Assembly (NCBI GenBank): GCA_963977445.1
Contig: CAXBPH010000126.1
Coordinates: 1-19,094, forward strand
Source of the DNA: an uncultured bacterium
GTDB lineage: Bacteria; Hydrogenedentota; Hydrogenedentia; Hydrogenedentales; JAEUWI01
Length of the DNA: 19,094 nucleotides
Direction of reading: 5' to 3'
Made by a program: the position numbers and the translations under genes. Numbering within the stretch: the stretch's first letter is position 1; every line of letters starts with the position of its first letter. The notes beneath the pieces are model-generated. The model saw only the letters and a program-made list of their open reading frames with translations. It did no database searches and was not told the origin of the DNA. Positions 6,983 to 15,148 of this stretch are shown one piece after another.

Positions 6983-6987
6983 TTTTT

Positions 6988-8001
6988 TCAATCTCCTGTG
7001 TGGGCGGCTTCTTCCGCCATTTTTTGGGCCTGTTCTTCGCTGTAGCCCTGGCTCAAGAATCGACGAAGAAATGATTCTTTCAAAGTCTCGCCGCCCTGGC
7101 TAAACTCGCCGCCCATGGGTTCCACGTTCTTAATATCAATCGCCGCCGATGTGGCCTCCAGCAATTCCATCTGGTGAAGCTTGTTGATACGTTCAAATTC
7201 TTTGTCGGATCGCTCGATCACTTGTTCAAGAAAATTCACCACCTGGCAACCACTAGCGATGGCCTCCAAAGCAACTTCTTGCAAATGAGCTTTACCACGA
7301 GAAAACTTGACAATATAAGCAACGCGATCCTTTTCGGTGGCGGGATCGGCGGGTTCAAGTTCGGATGTATTGGCCATCCCAAGGAGTTTTGCTTGGTGGC
7401 TCAGGACGCCCTGTGCGTGGGTGACGAATCCAGGATCTGTCAGCGCCTTTTTAAGGTCGACCATCGTTCTCGAATCGAGATTGACCCCTTTGGGGAGTTC
7501 ACCAAAAAGACCATCAGTAGCGGCTGGATCGTCAACAATATCGACCGCGTGCAAAGCATCAACACGACATAGGCGATATGAGACTTTATCTTCATCTTCA
7601 ACTCTTTCGGATTCCACGGTAGAGATGGAGACTGAAGCGCCCAGTAGACCCGGGTCAGACTTAGCGACGGACAAGATATGGTCTTTCGCGGTTTTCGGTG
7701 CCGCATCGGACCAGTGCAAATCGGCTACTACGACATCACCCGAACGGCGAAAGTCCTTAAATCGCCCCAGTGCGGTTCCAAACCCAGGCGAACAAATGTT
7801 CGGGTGATTGGCGCGGCATTTCACACCCTGGGGTGAAGCGTTGCCCAGGTCAATGACCTGGTCAAGGGTGGTTTCATCGATCATCAGATCGTGACCCCGC
7901 GCCTTGCCCATCGCGATAACGTGGACACCCTTCAAAACATCTATGTCACCGGTGATGACGGTGCCTTTAAGGGCCGGTGTTTCCAGGGTAAGTTCAGCCA
8001 T
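6988..8001 (-). CDS. Prohead maturation protease with a C-terminal scaffold-like region (337 aa)
   Basis: GVHVIAMGKARGHDLMIDETTL; GVKCRANHP (candidate catalytic His); LGRFKDFRR.GDVVVADLH; LGASVS (candidate catalytic Ser); LHAVDIVDDPAA; acidic helical C-terminal half; position before the decoration and capsid genes. Confidence 0.78.
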   Translation of the reverse strand: MAELTLETPALKGTVITGDIDVLKGVHVIAMGKARGHDLMIDETTLDQVIDLGNASPQGVKCRANHPNICSPGFGTALGRFKDFRRSGDVVVADLHWSDAAPKTAKDHILSVAKSDPGLLGASVSISTVESERVEDEDKVSYRLCRVDALHAVDIVDDPAATDGLFGELPKGVNLDSRTMVDLKKALTDPGFVTHAQGVLSHQAKLLGMANTSELEPADPATEKDRVAYIVKFSRGKAHLQEVALEAIASGCQVVNFLEQVIERSDKEFERINKLHQMELLEATSAAIDIKNVEPMGGEFSQGGETLKESFLRRFLSQGYSEEQAQKMAEEAAHTGD

Positions 8002-8698
8002 CAGTCAGGGCCTTAAGAGCCTGCGCGGCGATTTTGCGTTCTTCTTTCGACAGGTACAGATCGCCAGATAATTCATTGAGGCGTTCAAGATCATTGTTTT
8101 TGATGGCTTGATTCAGGTAGCGCCGATGCGAAGCGATAGTTTGTGTGATGGCATCGGGGCGGCTGGTAAAGGGAGGGAGGGGGCAGAGACGGTATCCAAT
8201 AGCATCCCAAAAGTCAATCCAACCCTTCGGGCCACAAGTTGAGCCTAGGGCAAACAGAGCTTGATCCAAAAGGTCCAGTTCTTGAGAATTCACAGCTTGA
8301 AGATTGTCCATAAATTCAGTGGATGTTTCTTTGATTACCCAAGTGTCAACCCAATCAATAATTGCCGCATAAACCTCGTGGCGACGAATATTAGTTAGGA
8401 TATGGGGCTGAATGGGTTTGGTCCCTGCTTCAATCCCAATTAATGTGGCCCTGTGACACCCAAGTATTACCGCGAAACCATCTTGGGTGTATCCCATTGC
8501 TTGACGCAATAGTTTGACCCGCAATGCTACGTGCGCTAATGAGTGTTTGAGTTTGTCGTGGATGGAGAACTTAACCCCATCATCCCCCTCTATCGGGGAA
8601 GTTTTCTTGGGTCGTGGAACGTTCATAGAGTCCAGTTTGCAGAACCCCTTGTACCACAATTCGGGATTAGGTGGGCAGAGTAGATATTCTATTCTCAA
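7994..8698 (-). CDS. XRE-family HTH regulator with an unknown C-terminal domain (234 aa)
   Basis: RVKLLRQAMGYTQDGFAVILGCHRATLIGIEAGTKPI; overlaps the protease start by 8 nt. The start codon is uncertain. Confidence 0.75.
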   Translation of the reverse strand: MRIEYLLCPPNPELWYKGFCKLDSMNVPRPKKTSPIEGDDGVKFSIHDKLKHSLAHVALRVKLLRQAMGYTQDGFAVILGCHRATLIGIEAGTKPIQPHILTNIRRHEVYAAIIDWVDTWVIKETSTEFMDNLQAVNSQELDLLDQALFALGSTCGPKGWIDFWDAIGYRLCPLPPFTSRPDAITQTIASHRRYLNQAIKNNDLERLNELSGDLYLSKEERKIAAQALKALTDG

Positions 8699-8784
8699 GT
8701 TCTATTCTCCAGTTGTGAGTTTTGGAATGTTTCTAAATGTCGTTTAGAAGACACATCCAGGTGGCGTTTCTGAGTTATGACTGG

Positions 8785-8813
8785 AGTGTATCACGAATGT
8801 AGATAACGTACAA
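8785..8813 (-). promoter_or_regulatory. Candidate sigma70 promoter of the xre-head operon
   Basis: On -: TTGTAC (8813-8808), 17 nt, TACACT (8790-8785), with a TG extended -10. Confidence 0.6.
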
Positions 8814-8875
8814 GAGCAGGAAACATCACATTTAGTGCAAGAAATATCATATTTCAGGGCTATTGGGTGTTTTCG

Positions 8876-8917
8876 AAACAAAAAAAGGACAGATCCAATC
8901 TATAAGAGGATCTGTCC
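8876..8917 (-). terminator. Intrinsic terminator insulating the xre-head operon from upstream transcription
   Basis: Perfect 10-bp stem GGACAGATCC / GGATCTGTCC (8887-8896 / 8908-8917) with an A-rich run at 8876-8886 (U-tail on -). Confidence 0.7.
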
Positions 8918-9137
8918 CGTAGCGGTGCGTGGGAACTATGGCAATCGTTTCCCTGAAGTATCAGGAAGTGTGGTGTGTGTTCTATAGTGTCCGATTGAAC
9001 ATTCGAGTATTGAGTTAGAAATTCCATAATCATCCCTAATCTATTAGGAATGCAACTGGCAATCAGGTATGTAGTCCCCTTGGTTTTCGACTATAATAGG
9101 GGATACGGCTCTCTGCATCACGTTGCATTCGAGTCCA

Positions 9138-9180
9138 GGTCCCCCACGGTGTTGGCGCACTGTGGGGGACCGTCTTTTTT
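9138..9180 (+). terminator. + strand intrinsic terminator, the end of a candidate small RNA
   Basis: 14-bp stem GGTCCCCCACGGTG / CACTGTGGGGGACC (G-U pair on +) followed by GTCTTTTTT; no U-tail on -. Confidence 0.65.
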
Positions 9181-9562
9181 AGGCGGTCTGGGTGCCACCT
9201 ACCCCGAAGAACCTGGCAAATACTTGGGCCAGGGCATCTTCAGAGGGAGCTGGTGGGAGTGATTCTTCTAATATCGATGACGATAACCGTTCGTCCATCA
9301 GTTCCATTGGGGATTTGCCGGCCAAGTCTTCACCTTTCGTGTATATCTTGCTCCAGAAGTGGTGAACTGTAGAGCCGTTGGGCAGTATGTCGAGAGATAG
9401 GATCACGTCATCAAGATCGCAATGACCAGAAAATAGGGCCCCTGAAGGGTAATTGATGGTGTATTGGAAACTTCTATTGTGTCCCATGAAGATATTCCTT
9501 CTGTTCGGGTTTCCGACTCCGCTAGGAGAAGTCGATACAAAATCCGGTGCCCCAGTGGCCAC
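9179..9562 (-). CDS. Hypothetical protein (up to 127 aa) downstream of the integrase
   Basis: Fills the space after int on the same strand. No family recognised; the start may be the internal Met (MGHNRSF). Confidence 0.55.
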   Translation of the reverse strand: MATGAPDFVSTSPSGVGNPNRRNIFMGHNRSFQYTINYPSGALFSGHCDLDDVILSLDILPNGSTVHHFWSKIYTKGEDLAGKSPMELMDERLSSSILEESLPPAPSEDALAQVFARFFGVGGTQTA

Positions 9563-9590
9563 GGTCTATGGTTTTACTCACGTATCCTAA

Positions 9591-10751
9591 TTATCCGAGC
9601 TCTTGGGCTATTTGTATGGCTAACTCGGTATTCTTTTCGGCGTAGAGCTCGGTGGTGTTGATTCGGCTATGCCCCAGCGCAACGGAGGCTTCGATACCGG
9701 AAATCTTGCGCACTTCGGTGGCGTGGTTGTGACGTAGGCGATGGGGGTGCCAACGGGGCACCTTGGCGGCGTCACATGCGCGGCGGACTGCTCGAGCGTA
9801 TGAATCCTTGTCGTAATGGTCGCGGACTACGCGGGCGGTTTGGCGGGTATCGGCCTTTTGATTTGGGCGGCGATGGGTTCGGGCTTGGGACTTTTGTTCT
9901 GTGATGGCGTCCCGGGGACTAAACAGGTAACTGGAAATGGGTCTATCATTCAGAAAGGGCCGGATCACCTCTTGGGCTTTCGGCCCCATATAGAGGGTCC
10001 GTGTCTTTCCGTGATGAGCCGTCTTGTGTCTGCCCAGGTGGACTATCCATATCGCTTGCTCCGTGTTGATATCAATAGGACGTAAAAACACTACTTCAGA
10101 GCTTCGGGCACCCGTCAATAGTTGGAGTTGAATCAATGCCCATATTTGGCGGGATACATGATCCTTAATAGCGTGTACGTGGTCCAGGGGCACAGGTAGC
10201 ACCCTTTTGGGCTCTTTCGCTTGCGACCGCCCCGCTCGAAGCCCTTCGACCGTGGACAATGCCTGGTATACAGCGGGGCCGATCAACTCCTCAGAGACCG
10301 CCCAACGGAAGATCTTTTTCACTTCCCCTGTATAGTCGTTGATAGTCTTCCTGGCTAACCCTCGATTGATCCATGTCTCTCGAAGTGCTTTCAGGGATAG
10401 GGGGGAGAAGTCAGCCGCTTCGATATCGCCGTAAATTTTGCGCACATCGGCAATTACGAGCTTTACCCGGTCCAGAGATCGGGCCGCGTTGCCCTCTGGA
10501 GTTCTGTACCACTGTTCGGCGTGGTTCCAATAGCGGGCAAGAACTTCCACCACCAAAACCCCATCATCCTGGCGAAGGGGTAGGGCCCGACCAGAAGCAA
10601 GCCATTCGGACAAAGTCCGGTCATACTTCATTTGGGCAGAAGATGTGCCATACTTGCCCAAATAGACACGTTTTCCGGAAAGATTTACATAGGCTTGCCC
10701 GCTGGCCTTGTGTAATCGGATGGTGGGTATGTTTTTTTTGCTAAAAAGCAT
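9591..10751 (-). CDS. int: Tyrosine recombinase/integrase (386 aa)
   Basis: Catalytic set R (TGARSSE), K (HKT), H-x-x-R (HRLRH), H (LGH), Y (TELYA); N-terminal arm-binding-type region HKASGQAYVNLSGKRVYLGKYG; adjacent to the att/tRNA. Confidence 0.96.
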   Translation of the reverse strand: MLFSKKNIPTIRLHKASGQAYVNLSGKRVYLGKYGTSSAQMKYDRTLSEWLASGRALPLRQDDGVLVVEVLARYWNHAEQWYRTPEGNAARSLDRVKLVIADVRKIYGDIEAADFSPLSLKALRETWINRGLARKTINDYTGEVKKIFRWAVSEELIGPAVYQALSTVEGLRAGRSQAKEPKRVLPVPLDHVHAIKDHVSRQIWALIQLQLLTGARSSEVVFLRPIDINTEQAIWIVHLGRHKTAHHGKTRTLYMGPKAQEVIRPFLNDRPISSYLFSPRDAITEQKSQARTHRRPNQKADTRQTARVVRDHYDKDSYARAVRRACDAAKVPRWHPHRLRHNHATEVRKISGIEASVALGHSRINTTELYAEKNTELAIQIAQELG

Positions 10752-10753
10752 AA

Positions 10754-10820
10754 AGGCGGTGCGACTCCAAGGGTGATCCGGGTATGTACCCGGAATTGTC
10801 CTTTTTGTGTCGCACCGCCT
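10754..10820. promoter_or_regulatory. Long nested inverted repeat abutting the int start codon
   Basis: AGGCGGTGCGAC / GTCGCACCGCCT (10754-10765 / 10809-10820) enclosing TCCGGGTA / TACCCGGA (10777-10784 / 10787-10794). Confidence 0.7.
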
Positions 10821-10863
10821 ATTAGCGGGAAACCAATCTAAGTGATTGATTCGACTTGGTTTA

Positions 10864-10911
10864 AAATGGTGGGCGATACAAGAATCGAACTTGTGACCTC
10901 CACGATGTCAA
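10864..10911 (-). repeat. attL: 48-bp direct repeat covering the tRNA-Val 3' part
   Basis: Identical to 316-363. Confidence 0.97.
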
Positions 10912-10943
10912 CGTGGCGCTCTAACCAACTGAGCTAACCGCCC
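10867..10943 (-). tRNA. tRNA-Val (GAC)
   Basis: GGGCGGTTAGCTCAGTTGGTTAGAGCGCCACGTTGACATCGTGGAGGTCACAAGTTCGATTCTTGTATCGCCCACCA: full cloverleaf, anticodon GAC, encoded CCA. Confidence 0.98.
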
Positions 10944-11016
10944 TTAAATTTTTCGGGGAACTGAATGTCTCAGTCACGCCCTTCCCAATCAGGCTTACGC
11001 CTCAATCGGGAGCCGA

Positions 11017-11046
11017 ATAGTAGCAAAACAGCCGGGGCTGTGTCAA
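11017..11046 (-). promoter_or_regulatory. tRNA promoter
   Basis: On -: TTGACA (11046-11041), 18 nt, TACTAT (11022-11017), TG extension, GC-rich discriminator. Confidence 0.7.
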
Positions 11047-11051
11047 CGGTA

Positions 11052-11810
11052 TTACCCCTTGTTTGCTACCAAATCAAAGGTAATGCGTACTTCGTCTTTT
11101 ACCAGGTCATTGCCCCAACCCGTGTCGGTCATGCCCCAGTCACTGCGCAGCAGTGCGAAGTCAGCGGTGGTCTTCAGGGTGTCGCCATCTATTTCGATGG
11201 TGGCGGGGAAGGTGATGTTGCTGGTAACGCCACGGACGAGAAGCTCGCCGGCGACGTCGTAGCCTTCATCGGTCTTCGTAACAGACTTGGAGGTGAACGT
11301 CGCACCAGGGAATTCTTTGGTGTTGAACCAATTCACGGTCTGGAGGTTTTCGGTCAACATGGAAGCCGTGGTGAAGAGGGAGGTCATGTCGAAATTGATC
11401 GTGATCTGGGACGTCTCGATGTTGCCATCGGTGACGACAACGGAGCCGCTGAAATCACCCCAGCTACCCTGCTGGTTGCCGGTTATCTTGTAGCCGGTGA
11501 AACTGAGCGTGCTGTCGTCATTGGGCTCAATAACGTAGGTTACCGGACCGGCGACGGCAGGGGCTGCCTCAGGGGCGGGTGTCACTTCAGGAGCGGGGGT
11601 AGCGGCAGGCGCTTCTTCTTTCGGCATTTCTTCGGCAGGCACGGCTTCTACGGCCGGGGCCGCGTCGACGGGTGCAGCTTCTTCTTTAGCAGGCGCAGCT
11701 TCGCTCTTCACAACTTTAAGTTCTTCAGGCGGGGCGGTTTCGCTGCAACCGGGAAGGATGGCGAGCATGGCGACGAGGGTCAGCGCGGTGATTGTGCTCA
11801 TGTATTTCAT
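11052..11810 (-). CDS. YceI-family lipoprotein with a Pro/Ala/Glu-rich linker
   Basis: Start refined to ATG 11810 (GGAG RBS). Lipobox LPGC; STLSFTG; LTENLQTVNWFNTKEFPGATFTS; GELLVRGVT; LLRSDWGM; VKDEVRITFDL. Confidence 0.88.
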   Translation of the reverse strand: MKYMSTITALTLVAMLAILPGCSETAPPEELKVVKSEAAPAKEEAAPVDAAPAVEAVPAEEMPKEEAPAATPAPEVTPAPEAAPAVAGPVTYVIEPNDDSTLSFTGYKITGNQQGSWGDFSGSVVVTDGNIETSQITINFDMTSLFTTASMLTENLQTVNWFNTKEFPGATFTSKSVTKTDEGYDVAGELLVRGVTSNITFPATIEIDGDTLKTTADFALLRSDWGMTDTGWGNDLVKDEVRITFDLVANKG

Positions 11811-11930
11811 ATCGATTCTCCGTTCCAAGACACACGAGGTGTGTCTGAGGTGTGATGTGATGTTTGGGGGTTGCTATTAATTCGCGACCAGAATCCGGGA
11901 GCCGAATGCGTGGGTGCGAAAGCTCTGGAA

Positions 11931-11966
11931 GCCTTCACCGGGCCAAGAGGGCGGCCCGGTGAAGGC
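11931..11966. repeat. Perfect 14-bp inverted repeat after the oxidoreductase gene
   Basis: GCCTTCACCGGGCC / GGCCCGGTGAAGGC with no U-tail; an mRNA-stabilising or REP-like hairpin. Confidence 0.6.
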
Positions 11967-11982
11967 GCATATAGAAATGATA

Positions 11983-13545
11983 CTAGGCTTTAGCGGGCTC
12001 TTCCATGGGAAGGTCCATAGCCTGGACGTCTTTATCGTAGTCAATGGCACTGGGCGTTTCGAAGTCGAACTCGGACCATGCGGGATCGATTTCCACGACA
12101 CCACCGGTTTTCGAAGCGATGCGGGCCGAAACCGACACGATCGTTGCGTCAAGGCCAACCATTTCGTTCGTGCGGGGCTTCACGCCACTCTTCACACACT
12201 CGGCGAAGGCATTGAACTGGTGCACGTCGGCCGTGGTTTCGGAACCAACCGCAGCAAAGAGCTGGGCACCATCGACAGCGGAGTTACCCAATTTACGGCT
12301 GAGACCGGAGCTGATCTTGTAGGCTTCCCGTTCGGCCTTGGACATTTCCTTGGTTTCTTCGGCGAAGGCGTCGAGGATGGCCTGCTTTTCAGCTTTCTCT
12401 TCATCAGAGAGGGGCGTTGCCCATGGTTCCTGGGTAAACCAGCAACCGTCGGCTTCGGTCAAATCTATAGCGGCTTTGTCGCCCATGAAGGTTTCACCCG
12501 CACCGCGTTTCGCATTCGCGAGGATGCTGGAGTAGAAGCAACGAACCGTGTAAGGCTTGTTGATCTTATTGAAGTCCTGATACTCGTTCCGGCCGTCGAT
12601 GTTGATGAAGGTACCTTCCTTGCGGCTGATATCATAGTCATACATGACGGAGATGTTGTCGGCAACCGTACGGCCGTCGCGCCAGTAATCCGTACCGGCC
12701 GTGCAATACACACGGGAGGGCAGGGTGCCCGCAAACCAGTTGGCAATGTCCACCGAGTGGGTAAGCAGTTCGGTGAAGAGACCGCCGGAAGTCTCTTCAT
12801 AGAGACGCCAGTTGAGATGGTGGTCCAGATCGGTTTTGATGAACTGTTTTTCCATGTCATTGTAGACATAGTCGGTGTCAATTACACGACGACCAGCCGC
12901 ATTACGGTGCCACTGCATTTCCATGTGGTTGATACGGCCGAGCCAGTTTTCTTCTTTGAAACGCTTCATGGCCAGGTTGTAATTGGGGTTGTAGCGGCGC
13001 TGGTGGCCCACTTGCACAAAAAGGCCCTTCTCATTGGCCTTCTTGACGATGTCCCGTGCATGCTCAATCTCAAAACACATGGTCTTTTCGCAGAAGACGT
13101 AAAGACCCTGGTCGAGGGCATACATGGTGGGTTCGTAGTGCTGGGTAAGGCCCGTGGCGATAATTACCGCGTCGAGCTCTTCCTTTTCAATCATTTCTTT
13201 GTAGTCGTAGTAGGCCGTCGGCTTGGTGACGGCTTTCAGCTTGGCCATCTGCTCGGGAGTCGGCTTGCCGCCTTCGAGGGTGACCTGGGCATTGGCGAGC
13301 CAGCCGCGAAGGGCGCCGCCCTTCTGGTGGGGCTCGTAGACGTCGGCCACGGCCACTACGTCAATCTGGTCTGCACCCCAGATACCATCACCCAGGTGGA
13401 AGTTACCCTGACCACCGGTACCGATACAACCAACGCGTACCTTTTCGTTTTGTGCGTAAGACAACGGGTTATACCCCGTTGCAATCGCTACACCAGCGGT
13501 AGCACCCGCCGCCTTCATGAAATTACGACGCGTAACTTCGTTCAT
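11983..13545 (-). CDS. Tat-exported Gfo/Idh/MocA-family oxidoreductase (520 aa)
   Basis: TRRNFMK twin-arginine motif; RVGCIGTGGQG Rossmann motif; VFCEKTM; QVGHQRRY; NWRLY..TSGGLFTELLTHSVDIANW. Confidence 0.92.
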   Translation of the reverse strand: MNEVTRRNFMKAAGATAGVAIATGYNPLSYAQNEKVRVGCIGTGGQGNFHLGDGIWGADQIDVVAVADVYEPHQKGGALRGWLANAQVTLEGGKPTPEQMAKLKAVTKPTAYYDYKEMIEKEELDAVIIATGLTQHYEPTMYALDQGLYVFCEKTMCFEIEHARDIVKKANEKGLFVQVGHQRRYNPNYNLAMKRFKEENWLGRINHMEMQWHRNAAGRRVIDTDYVYNDMEKQFIKTDLDHHLNWRLYEETSGGLFTELLTHSVDIANWFAGTLPSRVYCTAGTDYWRDGRTVADNISVMYDYDISRKEGTFINIDGRNEYQDFNKINKPYTVRCFYSSILANAKRGAGETFMGDKAAIDLTEADGCWFTQEPWATPLSDEEKAEKQAILDAFAEETKEMSKAEREAYKISSGLSRKLGNSAVDGAQLFAAVGSETTADVHQFNAFAECVKSGVKPRTNEMVGLDATIVSVSARIASKTGGVVEIDPAWSEFDFETPSAIDYDKDVQAMDLPMEEPAKA

Positions 13546-14059
13546 GACTTCTCCTTTTCAATGCGAGACTGATCTTCGCAACGGTTTGGGTTGGCCCGCG
13601 AGTTGGCCCAGTCTTCGGGGGAGTTCGGCGGGCGGACCGGGCGTGCTGCCGCGGCCGCTTACTGCAATATCTGTTGAAACAAACAATCCCGAGCATTGAG
13701 GCCTCGTCTGCCTAAGCAGGTGATGCCTCAAGTCTCGATCATCTGAAATCTGATGGAGGTCAAGAGGGCAAAGAACTGCGACTCTAGCTTTACGTCATTT
13801 TGTAAACTCCAACATCTCAATTATAGGGCGCGAAAGGCGGCCCTGTCCAGTTCTTCTAACGGTACGTAAACAGACCTTTTCCAAGCCCGGGAGGATTATT
13901 CGCCCTTCGTATCCATCGTTATAACGATTGGGCAAGGATCTTGACAGTTTATGGCCGATATTTCCCCGCGCATTAAGAAAAATCGCAAAATACCCACCGA
14001 ATCGCCGCAGCAATTCGATGGGTACATGGTTTGCTCTGTTTTGGAACGTCTGTCCGGAG

Positions 14060-14599
14060 TTACTGTACCGTTGCCTTCGAGAATTCGCAACGACGGTTCT
14101 TGGCCCAGGCGGATTCACTGCTGCCGGAATCGGCAGGGGCTTCTTCGCCGAAGCTGATCGTCATAATCCGATCGCCAGAGACGCCCAAGGTGCGAAGGTG
14201 GTCCCGCACGCTCTGCGCACGACGCTCACCGAGGGCCAGATTATATTCCTGCGTGCCCCGCTCGTCACAATGGCCCTCAATCTGAACGATGGCCGTCGGG
14301 TCTGTCTTCAGCAATTCTGCAGCAGCCTGCGCATCCGTCAGGGCAGCGCTATTCAGGGCGGAACTGTCAAAAGCGAAGTAAATGGGGTTAAGATTGCTCA
14401 CTTTTTCAAAGAAAAGCTTGCTGGGGTCGATCTCTGGAAGACCATCCCGGTCCTGAGGTTCACTCACGGGGGTGGTGTCTTCGGCGAGGGGGTCCACATC
14501 ACCTTTTCCGTGCTTACAGCCGGTCAAAGAGAGGGTAGCGAGGAGCAAGCAGACTGCAGCGAGCTGAATGTTCTTAAATGGTGCACTATTGGTCTTCAT
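14060..14599 (-). CDS. pal: Peptidoglycan-associated lipoprotein (OmpA-like domain)
   Basis: Start refined to ATG 14599 (GGAG RBS). Lipobox LTGC; IYFAFDSS; IEGHCDERGTQEYNLALGERRA; ISFGEE; WAKNRRCEF. Confidence 0.92.
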   Translation of the reverse strand: MKTNSAPFKNIQLAAVCLLLATLSLTGCKHGKGDVDPLAEDTTPVSEPQDRDGLPEIDPSKLFFEKVSNLNPIYFAFDSSALNSAALTDAQAAAELLKTDPTAIVQIEGHCDERGTQEYNLALGERRAQSVRDHLRTLGVSGDRIMTISFGEEAPADSGSSESAWAKNRRCEFSKATVQ

Positions 14600-15148
14600 T
14601 AGGGGTTTCTCCGTTCCGATAACTATTATTGAGGTCGCTTCAAAGTTGGACCTCCGCACGCATATATATCTTATTTCGATGAATAGTTCCAACTATTTTT
14701 TATGCTTCAGAATAAAATGGACAAAACCGGACGTGTCAGCCGACGGAATCGCGGGTTTTCTCCACAATTTCCTGCTCCCTCCCCAGGGGGCGTCTCACAG
14801 GTCCCACAAGTCTTTTACCCTGCCACGCCCGCCGCTGCGCCCGACCACTTCATGAATCCCCGTCGTGTAAATTTCTTCATGCAATTCCCCTTTTTCGAAC
14901 GTGGTGTCCCTTTAAATCAACTATAACGTTCGAGATGGGGGATTGGCAGCGGGACTGTCATCTTTCCCGCCCCAGGCGGGAAAGGGACTGTACCGGCAGT
15001 ACGACACGGCGTCGAGTCAACGCCAGTCTCTATCGTTCCCACTGAAAAAGCAGTCCCGGTGTCGCGGGGCGCCTTCTTCGGGGGTACAGGCTCCCGCCTC
15101 AGGCGCGTCTTCGACCCTCGATTCTTGCCACGTAACTGAGAAACGGCA

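Larger units (their letters stand above)
316..10911. mobile_element. tRNA-Val-integrated phage-satellite-like island (10,548 bp repeat to repeat)
   Basis: Flanking 48-bp att repeats, integrase next to the tRNA, phage head, tape-measure and replication genes inside, ordinary host genes on both sides. Confidence 0.93.

Noticed and set aside
9099..9146. tRNA- or tmRNA-like remnant (GGGGA...TTCGAGTCC...TCCCCCA)
   Set aside because: No T stem flanks the TTCGAGT loop, it is too short for a cloverleaf, and the 3' part is better explained as the terminator stem.
9640..9750. Integrase inactivation (RH-to-LGH spacing of 17 residues, slightly short)
   Set aside because: All catalytic residues are present and the frame is intact. 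The spacing varies in this family and cannot be judged without an alignment.
521..10751. Diversity-generating retroelement, retron or a known defence system
   Set aside because: No reverse transcriptase, nuclease or other recognisable defence domain, and no template/variable repeat pair was seen.
316..10911. Complete autonomous prophage or gene transfer agent
   Set aside because: No recognisable terminase, portal, tail structural or lysis genes. A GTA would not be expected to carry att sites, int and rep. A decayed prophage is disfavoured but not excluded.
11914..13572. 552-aa + strand ORF (likewise 10965..11855, 13928..14602 and other + ORFs)
   Set aside because: Antisense shadows of well-supported - strand genes in GC-rich DNA, with no recognisable motifs.
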